Source: Dehalococcoidia bacterium
GTDB taxonomy: Bacteria > Chloroflexota > Dehalococcoidia > Lucifugimonadales > UBA3495
Reading direction: 5' to 3'
Length of the DNA: 64,000 bases
Assembly: GCA_965201145.1 (NCBI GenBank)
Contig: CBDAVT010000002.1
Coordinates: 841,084-905,083 of the forward strand
The notes below the pieces were generated by a model, which did no database searches, was not told where the DNA came from, and saw nothing but the letters and a program-made list of their open reading frames with translations. Position numbers and translations under genes: made by a program. This document shows positions 1 to 8,349 of the stretch, in pieces. Each line of letters opens with the position of its first letter. Position 1 is the first letter of the stretch.

Positions 1-1
1 G

Positions 2-925
2 GTGGACGGCGAGGTAAATAATCCACTCAGCCTCTCCTTTGACGAAATCCTGTCCCTGCCCCAGCGCCGTTTTCAGGTTACTTTCGAATGCTGCGGCAAC
101 AGCCCGGTGCCCGACTACTGGGCCAAAGCCACTCGCACCGGCTCGGTAATGGAAATGATTAAAGGACACGGCATTATGGGCAACGCCGAGTGGGCCGGGG
201 TGTCCCTGGCCGACGTGCTGGCTAAAGCCGGCGTCAAAGACTCGGCGGTGGAGGTAATGTTCGAGGGCGCCGACCACGGGCCCGATGAAACCGTGGGAGA
301 CCCGCCCGATGTAACCTATGAGCGCAGCCTGCCCCTGGCCAAGACGGTCCATCCCGATACCTTGCTAGCCTACGAGATGAACGGGGAACGACTACCGATG
401 AATCACGGCTTTCCGCTGCGCCTGCTGGTGCCGGGCTGGTACGGTATGACTTCGGTAAAGTGGCTGGTGGGCATCCATGTCCTGAATCACGAGTTCAAGG
501 GCTTCTACCAGACGGAACGGTATATGACGCAAAACGGGCCGGACAGCCCCGAGTATTACACCTACCATACCAAGATGAAGGTGAAGTCCATCATCACCAA
601 CCCGGCTCCCGGCGAGGTTATCCCGACCGGCGGCTATACCCTGGCCGGCGCCGCCTGGTCCGGAGAGGAAGATGTGGTGCGGGTGGAAATCAGCGCCGAC
701 GGCGGCAATACCTGGGATCTGGCGACTATCGCTCCCCGCAGCAGTTCCTATTCCTGGTATCGCTGGCAGTACCAGTGGCGACCGGCCGGGCCGGGCCGCT
801 ATACCCTGATGTCCCGCGCTACCAATAATCTAGGCGAAACCCAGCCTATGGAATTTCCTAACCAGTGGGATGGCCGGGGTTACGGCAACAATATGGTGTT
901 TCCGGTGGAGGTACAGGTACGGTAA
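2..925 (+). CDS. Sulfite oxidase-family molybdopterin oxidoreductase (5' partial)
   Basis: ORF is open to the window edge. Has a Mo-pterin binding region (TFECCGN..., GFPLRLLVPGWYGMTSVKW) followed by an Ig-like Moco dimerisation region (GYTLAGAAWSGEEDVVRVEISADGGNTW). Confidence 0.8.
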   Translation: MDGEVNNPLSLSFDEILSLPQRRFQVTFECCGNSPVPDYWAKATRTGSVMEMIKGHGIMGNAEWAGVSLADVLAKAGVKDSAVEVMFEGADHGPDETVGDPPDVTYERSLPLAKTVHPDTLLAYEMNGERLPMNHGFPLRLLVPGWYGMTSVKWLVGIHVLNHEFKGFYQTERYMTQNGPDSPEYYTYHTKMKVKSIITNPAPGEVIPTGGYTLAGAAWSGEEDVVRVEISADGGNTWDLATIAPRSSSYSWYRWQYQWRPAGPGRYTLMSRATNNLGETQPMEFPNQWDGRGYGNNMVFPVEVQVR

Positions 926-997
926 ATTCTACCTTCTCACCGGAGGGAAAATCAGGAATCAGCCGCAGCTGAAGCCCAAAAGGGCAGCGGGGGAGAA

Positions 998-1750
998 ATG
1001 CTGAAATCCCTGCGGGACAGCGTAATCAGCAGATTGGGCGATACCGACCGGCAGAGTCTTCGTCAGATTGTCGCCGCCATTAAGCAAGCCCGGGGCGGCA
1101 GCCCGGCACCGGCGTCCGGTGGCCGGATTACGGCGCGGGAACTGCTGGCCGAGTGGAGCAAAGACCTGCCGGCGGACGTCAACGCCGCTCTGGAAGCCAT
1201 CCTGACCCGGGATGAGAGTGGCCCCAGAGTTGGCGAGTTGGCTCCCGATTTTTCCCTCCGGCGGCTCGGCGCCACGGAGCGGGTTCGCCTGTCCGACTTC
1301 AAGGGCCAGCGGCCGATAGCTCTCGCTTTCGGCAGTTACACTTGACCGCCCTTCCGCGCTCAGGCTGAGCGCATGACCCAAATCTACCGGCAGTATCGAG
1401 ACCGGGTAGAATTTTTCGTCGTTTATATCCAGGAGGCTCACCCCACGGACGGATGGCAGACCGACAGCAACATCCGGGACGGCGTCCTGTTCCGCCAGCA
1501 TCAAAGCTATGACGAAAGGCAGGAAGTGGCCCGGACTTGCAGCCTGGACCTGCACATCGATATGCCGATAATCATCGAAGAGATGGACAATGTCATTGAC
1601 GAGTCCTACGGCGCCGCCCCGGAGCGCCTTTACCTGGTCGGCCGCGACGGCCGAATTGCCTACCACGGCGGGGCCGGCCCGCACTTCTTTGACCTGGATG
1701 AATGGGAAATGGCTATCGAGGCTTGCGTCGGCGTCGGGTCCCGGGGCTGA
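998..1750 (+). CDS. Iodothyronine deiodinase-like thioredoxin-fold selenoprotein (in-frame UGA = Sec at 1343..1345)
   Basis: ORFs 998..1345 and 1373..1750 share a frame and are separated only by TGA. The joined sequence reads ...RPIALAFGSYT-U-PPFRAQ...VEFFVVYIQEAHPTDGWQ...ERLYLVGRDGRIAYHGGAGP. This matches the deiodinase motifs FGSxTUP(P/S)F, YIxEAHxxDGW and ERLY. Confidence 0.8.
1356..1372 (+). promoter_or_regulatory. Candidate bacterial SECIS hairpin
   Basis: Perfect inverted repeat GCGCTCA-GGC-TGAGCGC begins 10 nt after the UGA. Its G-containing apical loop lies about 21-23 nt from the U of UGA, the geometry expected for a bacterial SECIS. Confidence 0.55.
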
Positions 1751-1782
1751 ATTCCCAACCACCGAACCGATGGAGTAGAAAC

Positions 1783-2457
1783 TTGACTGAACTTATCGAT
1801 TTGACCCTGACTTTGGGCAGCGACCGGGTGGCGCCGGTGCCGGGACTGATTGGCGTATGCACCTCTCCCCTGCACACCCACGAAACCCACGCTCGCTCCA
1901 ATACCAAATTGACGCTGGCAACTCACATCGGCACCCATGTGGATGCGCCCTATCACTTCCACGCCGACGGCGTTACTGTGGAGAATATGCCCTTGAACCG
2001 TTATATGGGGCCGGCGCTCCTGCTGGACTTGCGCCCGGTAGCCGAAAGCCTGACCCCCTTGTCGGTATCTCAACTGCAGCAAGCCGGCGGCGTTCCCGGC
2101 GCAGTCAAGGATGCGATTGTAGTTCTGTTTACCGGATGGGCGGCGGCCGAGTCCGGCGGCGCCCGCTTTTATTCCCAGGGGCCTTACCTGAGCAATGAGG
2201 GAGCGGCTTACCTGGCCGATAACGAGGTCAACGCCGTGGCGGTGGACTTTCCGATCGACAAACATCCGCCTACCCCCGAGTCTTCCATCCACGACTTCCC
2301 CGTGCACCGTTTGCTGCTGGGACGCGGGGTTCCCTTAATCGAAAATCTGGTCAACCTGGACCAATTAGTCGGTCGGGATTTCGAGCTGTGGGCCCTGCCC
2401 ATCAAGCTCAAGGACGGGGATGGCGCCGCAGCGCGAGCCGTGGCCCGGATTTTGTAG
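1783..2457 (+). CDS. Cyclase family protein (kynurenine formamidase-like)
   Basis: Has the HIGTHVDAPYHF motif (HxGTHxDxPxH). A TTG start at 1783 gives MTELIDLTL; the start is uncertain. Confidence 0.7.
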   Translation: MTELIDLTLTLGSDRVAPVPGLIGVCTSPLHTHETHARSNTKLTLATHIGTHVDAPYHFHADGVTVENMPLNRYMGPALLLDLRPVAESLTPLSVSQLQQAGGVPGAVKDAIVVLFTGWAAAESGGARFYSQGPYLSNEGAAYLADNEVNAVAVDFPIDKHPPTPESSIHDFPVHRLLLGRGVPLIENLVNLDQLVGRDFELWALPIKLKDGDGAAARAVARIL

Positions 2458-2473
2458 AGCGGGTTCCCCGGCG

Positions 2474-3130
2474 ATGACCGTTGCCGCCAATCCGCCGCCC
2501 ATCCTGCTGGCTACCGGCAATCCGGCCAAGCAGCAGACCCTGCGTGCGCTGCTGGAAGATTTGCCCCTGACCCCGGTTACTCCCGCCGACCTGGGGCTGA
2601 AGGCCGACCCGGCTGAAACCGGCCAAACCCATACCGCCATCGCCGTAGAAAAAGCGGTTGCCTGGTCGCAGCTGGCCGGGATGCCGGCTATCGCCTCTGA
2701 TGGCGGCCTGGTAGTTCCGTCGCTGGGGACTAACTGGGAAAGCCGCTATACCCATCGCTTTGCCGGGCCGGCTGCCGATGATACAGAACGCCGGCGCCGC
2801 CTGCTGGAACTGTTGGAACCCTTGCCAGCCGCCGGCCGGGCAGCTTCCTGGATCGAAGCGCTGGCCGTAGCCGACCGGGGCCGTCCGCTCCAGTCTTGGG
2901 AACTGACGGGCGGACAAGGAGTTATTGCCCGCAGTCCGGAACCCGGCCCGCACCCAGAGGGGTTCTGGGTTTTCCCTCTGTGGTACTTTCCCGACCTGGG
3001 CAAGTATTATAACCAACTGACCGAAGGGGAACGGGAAGCGCTGGGCGACCATTGGGCGCGCCTCAAAATACTGGTACAGAGTTATTTTACCGAAGAGTTC
3101 TCCGCCCGGCTGCCCGGCTCAAACGGGTGA
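2474..3130 (+). CDS. HAM1/RdgB-like non-canonical purine NTP pyrophosphatase (divergent)
   Basis: N-terminal ILLATGNPAKQ and ASDGGLVV resemble the ITPase motifs ATGNxxK and DSGL. The C-terminal half is not recognised. Confidence 0.5.
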   Translation: MTVAANPPPILLATGNPAKQQTLRALLEDLPLTPVTPADLGLKADPAETGQTHTAIAVEKAVAWSQLAGMPAIASDGGLVVPSLGTNWESRYTHRFAGPAADDTERRRRLLELLEPLPAAGRAASWIEALAVADRGRPLQSWELTGGQGVIARSPEPGPHPEGFWVFPLWYFPDLGKYYNQLTEGEREALGDHWARLKILVQSYFTEEFSARLPGSNG

Positions 3131-3226
3131 TTTAACCACCTTGATGGGATACAATAGATTCCGAAAATCGCAAACGCAGGCGCCGTACCATCGGCAAATT
3201 GTTCGCCTGTTACTGGAGCAGCTACA

Positions 3227-4162
3227 TTGACCACCGCCGCAGCTCAACCTACCTCCATTGACCAGGTTCAGAATCTGCTAAGAGACCAGGAGTACGTCGC
3301 CGACCGGGGTTTGGCCGTAGCCATTTATCTGGCTTTGACCTTGCAGCGTCCCCTGTTTCTGGAGGGTGAAGCTGGCGTCGGCAAGACCGAGATTGCCCGC
3401 TCGCTGGCCCGGGGGTTGGATACCGAGCTAATCCGGTTGCAGTGCTACGAAGGGCTGGACGTGAACCACGCCGTTTACGAGTGGAACCATACTCGCCAGA
3501 TGCTGGAAATTCGACTGCTGGAGTCCGGGGGGAACCTGGACCGGGCCGCCGCTACCGATGACCTCTTCAGCGAGCGCTTCCTGATTAAGCGGCCCCTGCT
3601 CCAGGCTATAGACGAGAGTCGGGACCAGTCGCCGGTGCTGCTGATTGACGAACTGGACCGGGCTGATGAAGAATTTGAAGGTTTTCTGCTGGAAATGCTG
3701 GCTGACTTCCAGATTACTATCCCGGAATTGGGTTCCTTTCGGGCCGCCCATCCACCCATCGTCATCATCACCTCCAACCGAACTCGAGAAATTCACGACG
3801 CCCTGAAGCGCCGCTGCCTCTACTACTGGATTGACTATCCTGACTACCAAAAGGAACTGCAAATCGTCAGTGCCAGGCTGCCCCAGGCTCCCCGGCGACT
3901 GGCCCAGCAGGTAACCGGCTTCATTCAGGAACTGCGGGAGACGGAGCTTTACAAAATACCCGGCGTTTCCGAAACTATCGACTGGACCGCCGCTCTGCTG
4001 GCCCTCAACCAGACCGAGCTGGACGCCCAGGTAATCGACGATACACTGGGCATAATGCTGAAGTACCAGGACGATATCGAGCTGGTCCGGGGCGAGCCGG
4101 TGCGCAGCATCCTGGAGCGTTCCCTGAATCGGGGACCACGTCGGGGCGGACGGCGCGGCTGA
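3227..4162 (+). CDS. MoxR-family AAA+ ATPase (CoxD-like)
   Basis: Walker A EGEAGVGKTE and Walker B LLIDELDRA. Size and layout fit the MoxR family; TTG start. Confidence 0.85.
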   Translation: MTTAAAQPTSIDQVQNLLRDQEYVADRGLAVAIYLALTLQRPLFLEGEAGVGKTEIARSLARGLDTELIRLQCYEGLDVNHAVYEWNHTRQMLEIRLLESGGNLDRAAATDDLFSERFLIKRPLLQAIDESRDQSPVLLIDELDRADEEFEGFLLEMLADFQITIPELGSFRAAHPPIVIITSNRTREIHDALKRRCLYYWIDYPDYQKELQIVSARLPQAPRRLAQQVTGFIQELRETELYKIPGVSETIDWTAALLALNQTELDAQVIDDTLGIMLKYQDDIELVRGEPVRSILERSLNRGPRRGGRRG

Positions 4163-4237
4163 CCGACTCTCGGAATAAGTCGTCGTTTTCTTAACGGCAG
4201 CAGTCCCTTGCGTCCCAGAATCACCGCAGGATGTGAT

Positions 4238-5584
4238 ATGACCCAGGCAGATACTAACGGCAGCAATACAGAACTCGACGCGAGCGAAGGCTATATTCTG
4301 CATAACCTGATGCTCTTCGGCGAGACTTTGCGCCGTCTGGGGCTGGACTTTGGTTCGGGCAATATGCTGGACCTGGTGCGGGCCACCGAGACTATTCCCA
4401 TCGGTCGCCGGCAGGATTTTCGCCATGCGGCCCGCTGTCTGCTGGTTCATCGCAAGCAGGACTTCCCTCTTTTTGATGACGCCTTCCAAATCTTCTGGCG
4501 GCGGCCCGCTCACGGCATCAGCACCCTCGACCTGCGCAGTATGGGCGAAGAACGCCGTTACCGAAATCCGCAGGTAGGCTCCCCGCCGGCTGCCGACGCG
4601 GAGACCGGAGACTTTCCGGGCGAAGCGCCGGAAGGTATGCCCGGAATAGATATGAGTCAGACCTACAGCGCCCGGGAAGTGCTGCGTCAGAAAGACTTTG
4701 CCGACTATTCGCCCCTGGAAATTGCCCAGGCCCGGACTATGATGTCCGAACTTTCCTGGGACCTGGGACGCCGCAAAACCCGAAGAACCCAAACCGGCGA
4801 CGGTGTCTTGCTGGACTGGCGGAAGACCTTTCGCGGCAATCTCCGTTACGGCGGCGAGCTGCTGGAATTGTCGCACCGGCAACCCCGGGAGAAACTGCGC
4901 CCCCTGGTCCTGATTTGCGACGTCAGCGGCTCAATGGAACGCTATACCCGACTACTGCTCCATTTCATCCATACCATTGCCGGAGACCTGGGCAAGGTTG
5001 AAGCTTTCCTGTTCGCCACCCGCATTACCCGCATTACCCGCTACCTCAACTACCGCAGCATTGACCAGGCCGTCAACGAGGTAGCCCGCGCCGTCCCGGA
5101 CTGGGCCGGCGGCACCCGTATCGGCGAGGCCGTCAAGACTTTCAACTATGACTGGGCGCGGCGCACCCTGGGCAGCGGCCCGGTGGTGCTGATAATTTCC
5201 GACGGCTGGGACCGGGGCGAGCCGGAACTGCTGGCCCGGGAAATGGCGCGATTGCAGCGCAGCTGCCACCGCCTGATTTGGCTGAATCCATTGCTGGGTT
5301 CCCCCAACTACCAGCCGTTGACGCAGGGCATCCAGGCCGCCCTGCCCTACATCGATGACTTTCTGCCGGTGCATAATCTCCATAGCCTGGAAGCTTTGGC
5401 GCGACACTTAAACCGTCTCCCGCCGCGCCAGCAGCCGGCCTCTGCCTACCGACCGCAGCGGCCGGTGGAAGGGGCCGTAGAAGCTGCGCCCCGATCGCCG
5501 GCCCGCCGTCGGGAGGAAATGAATCCGGCTCTGGCGCCTACCTTCCGCCATCCCTTGTGGGGACAGATACCGCGGGAAGAATGA
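4238..5584 (+). CDS. VWA domain protein (CoxE-like)
   Basis: MIDAS-like LICDVSGSM motif and VLIISDGWDRGEP. It lies immediately downstream of the MoxR ATPase, the typical MoxR-VWA pairing. Confidence 0.75.
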   Translation: MTQADTNGSNTELDASEGYILHNLMLFGETLRRLGLDFGSGNMLDLVRATETIPIGRRQDFRHAARCLLVHRKQDFPLFDDAFQIFWRRPAHGISTLDLRSMGEERRYRNPQVGSPPAADAETGDFPGEAPEGMPGIDMSQTYSAREVLRQKDFADYSPLEIAQARTMMSELSWDLGRRKTRRTQTGDGVLLDWRKTFRGNLRYGGELLELSHRQPREKLRPLVLICDVSGSMERYTRLLLHFIHTIAGDLGKVEAFLFATRITRITRYLNYRSIDQAVNEVARAVPDWAGGTRIGEAVKTFNYDWARRTLGSGPVVLIISDGWDRGEPELLAREMARLQRSCHRLIWLNPLLGSPNYQPLTQGIQAALPYIDDFLPVHNLHSLEALARHLNRLPPRQQPASAYRPQRPVEGAVEAAPRSPARRREEMNPALAPTFRHPLWGQIPREE

Positions 5585-5671
5585 ACCACTGATACTCCGG
5601 TTAACCGGGTACAAGGCCCTGATTACACGGCGAATCGGCATACTAATTCCCTGAAGAAAGGCTTTTCGGCA

Positions 5672-6742
5672 ATGTGGCAAGCAACGGAAGCAGACCTGCC
5701 CGCCATCGCCATCGGCGCCGGTATCCTGGGGACCGGCGGTGGCGGCAATCCCTACATTGGACAGTTGCGCGCCGGACAAGCCCTGCGCCGCTGGGGGCCG
5801 GTTACTGTCCTGACCCCGGAGGAACTGCCCGAGGCAGCCCGGGTTATCTGCGTCGGGGGCATCGGCGCACCCACCGTCGGCATAGAAAAAGTGCGGGACC
5901 TCCAGTCTTACCACGCCTTGCGAGCCATCGAAGAGTACACCGGGGAGCAGGCTACTGCCCTGATTTCCAACGAAATCGGCGGCAGCAACTCAGTGGAGGT
6001 CCTCATCGCCGCGGCCAGGGCCGGCCTGCCGGTGGTAGATGCCGACGGCATGGGACGAGCTTTCCCGGAGTTTCAGATGAAGACCTTTTTCGTTTACGGC
6101 GTATCTTGCTGCCCCATGGCTATCGCCGACGAAAAGGGAAATTCGATTATCATCCGGGAGACGGTCACTCCCCTTTGGGCCGAGCGGTTGGCCCGGGCGG
6201 TAACCATACAAATGGGCTGCGTCGCCTGTTACGCCGTTGCTCCCATGACCCCTGACCAGGTGCGCCACACCGCAGTTCCCAATACCTTGTCGCTGGCCCG
6301 CAGCCTGGGGCAGGCCGTCCAACAGGCTCGAGATAATCATCAGGACCCGCTGCCAGCGATTTTGGCTGCCTGTCCGGGCAAAGTCCTCTTTTCCGGCAAA
6401 GTAATTGACCTGGACCGGCGCACCACCGCCGGCTTTGCTCGAGGCTCCGTTACCCTGGCCGGACTGGATACCTTCGGAGGCCAACGGATGGTCATCGACT
6501 TTCAGAACGAGAACTTGATTGCCCGGGTGGATGGAGAGACGGTCTGCACCGTTCCCGACCTGATTTGCGCCGTGGACTCGGACGGGGGAGAGCCGGTAAC
6601 CACGGAACTAATGCGCTACGGCCTGCGGGTTACCATCCTGGGCTTCCCGGCGCCGGCGCTGTGGACCACTCCTGAAGGATTAGCCGCTGCCGGGCCGGCC
6701 CATTTCGGCTACGATACCGAATATACCCCACTAAAGGTTTAG
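5672..6742 (+). CDS. DUF917 family protein (hydantoinase-associated)
   Basis: N-terminal GAGILGTGGGGNPY motif typical of DUF917. Adjacent to a hydantoinase A-like gene. Confidence 0.7.
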   Translation: MWQATEADLPAIAIGAGILGTGGGGNPYIGQLRAGQALRRWGPVTVLTPEELPEAARVICVGGIGAPTVGIEKVRDLQSYHALRAIEEYTGEQATALISNEIGGSNSVEVLIAAARAGLPVVDADGMGRAFPEFQMKTFFVYGVSCCPMAIADEKGNSIIIRETVTPLWAERLARAVTIQMGCVACYAVAPMTPDQVRHTAVPNTLSLARSLGQAVQQARDNHQDPLPAILAACPGKVLFSGKVIDLDRRTTAGFARGSVTLAGLDTFGGQRMVIDFQNENLIARVDGETVCTVPDLICAVDSDGGEPVTTELMRYGLRVTILGFPAPALWTTPEGLAAAGPAHFGYDTEYTPLKV

Positions 6743-6751
6743 GGTGGCTTC

Positions 6752-8323
6752 GTGTTTATTGGCGTGGACGTAGGCGGCACTAACACCGATGCCGTTCTGC
6801 TGGACGGACAGCGACTGGCCGCCGCCGCCAAAATGCCCACAACCGGCGACGTAACTGCCGGCATCGTTAACGCTGTGGCCGAGATGCAGAAACAGTCTCC
6901 CGCCGCCGTAGATGCGGTAATGGTAGGCACCACCCACTTTACCAATGCCCTTCTGGAAGGGCGGGGGCTGGCTCGTACCGCCGTGATTCGTCTCGCTTTG
7001 CCGGCTACGCAGCTGCTCCCGCCGCTGGTGGATTGGCCTCTGGAATTGAGGGATACCATCGGCGGTCTCACCTGGATGGTCGGCGGCGGGCACGAGTTCG
7101 ATGGCCGGGAAATATCCCCTCTGGACCGGGCCGGCTTGTTGCAGGCAGTGGCGGAGCTGCGCCGGCAAGACGTAGAGGCCGTAGCTGTATGCGGGGTTTT
7201 CTCGCCCGTTGACCCTTCCCACGAGCAGGAGGCAGCCGCCTTGATTCGGGAGGCCGCCCCGGAACTGCGCGTGTGCCTTTCCCACGAAAATGGGCGCATG
7301 GGTTTGCTGGAACGGGAAAATGCCGCCGTCCTCAATGCCTGCCTGGGCCGGGTCGCCCAACGCACCTTGCAGGGAATCGCCGCCGCCCTGACCAATCTCG
7401 GCATTGACGCTCACCTGTTTATCAGTCAGAACGACGGCACCCTGATGGACGCCGACTTTGCGGCTCGCTTCCCGGTGCTGACCATCTCCTCCGGGCCAAC
7501 CAACAGTATGCGCGGCGCCGCCTACCTTTCCGGAGTCCGGGACGGTATCGTGGTGGATGTGGGCGGAACGTCCACCGACGTCGGGGAATTAGTCAAAGGA
7601 TTTCCCCGGGAATCGGCAGTGGCGGTCCACCTGGCCGGTGTGCGCACCAATTTCCGGATTCCCGACGTAGTATCCATAGCTCTGGGTGGCGGCACTGTGG
7701 TTACAGCGGAGCCCTGGCGGATGGGCCCGGAAAGCGTCGGCTACCGATTGACTGAAGAAGCTCTCGTTTTTGGCGGCCCGGTCCTGACCCTTACCGACCT
7801 GGCCGTCGCCGCCGGCCGGGCCAATGTCGGCGACCGACAAGCGGTGGACGGACTGGCTCCAGCGCTGGTTGAACGGGCTATGGCTGAAATCCGGGAACGG
7901 GTGGAAACTGCCCTGGACCGGGTGAAGCTCAGCGCCGGCGACGCGCCCGTGGTACTGGTGGGCGGCGGCAGTATCCTGCTGCCGGACCGGCTGGCCGGCG
8001 CTTCCCAGGTCTTGCGTCCCCAACACGCCGACGTAGCCAACGCCATCGGAGCTGCCATTGCCCAGGTGGGCGGGCAAGTGGAACGAGTCTATTCCCTGGA
8101 AAGCGGAGGCCGGGCGGAAGCCATCGCCGACTGTTCGGCGGCCGCCGTCAATCGGGCCGCCGCGGCCGGGGCCGACCCGGCCACCATAGAAGTAGTGGAA
8201 GTGGAAGAGGTGCCCCTGACCTATCTGCCCAGCAACGCCACCCGGGTACGGGTAAGGGCCGTGGGTAGCCTGGCGGCGGCGGAAGTGGTCAGGAATCTCG
8301 GAGCCACGGAACCCGGCAATTAA
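6752..8323 (+). CDS. Hydantoinase/oxoprolinase family protein (HyuA-like)
   Basis: FIGVDVGGTNTDAV ASKHA-fold phosphate-1 motif and VVDVGGTSTDV second motif. GTG start. Confidence 0.8.
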   Translation: MFIGVDVGGTNTDAVLLDGQRLAAAAKMPTTGDVTAGIVNAVAEMQKQSPAAVDAVMVGTTHFTNALLEGRGLARTAVIRLALPATQLLPPLVDWPLELRDTIGGLTWMVGGGHEFDGREISPLDRAGLLQAVAELRRQDVEAVAVCGVFSPVDPSHEQEAAALIREAAPELRVCLSHENGRMGLLERENAAVLNACLGRVAQRTLQGIAAALTNLGIDAHLFISQNDGTLMDADFAARFPVLTISSGPTNSMRGAAYLSGVRDGIVVDVGGTSTDVGELVKGFPRESAVAVHLAGVRTNFRIPDVVSIALGGGTVVTAEPWRMGPESVGYRLTEEALVFGGPVLTLTDLAVAAGRANVGDRQAVDGLAPALVERAMAEIRERVETALDRVKLSAGDAPVVLVGGGSILLPDRLAGASQVLRPQHADVANAIGAAIAQVGGQVERVYSLESGGRAEAIADCSAAAVNRAAAAGADPATIEVVEVEEVPLTYLPSNATRVRVRAVGSLAAAEVVRNLGATEPGN

Positions 8324-8349
8324 ACGCACTCCGCCGCAGCTTTCCGAGG

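Noticed and set aside
3428-4882. 484-aa ORF on the minus strand, antisense to the MoxR and VWA genes.
   Set aside because: It completely overlaps two well-supported plus-strand genes and has Arg/Gly/Pro-rich composition with no recognisable motif. This is the typical shadow ORF of high-GC DNA.
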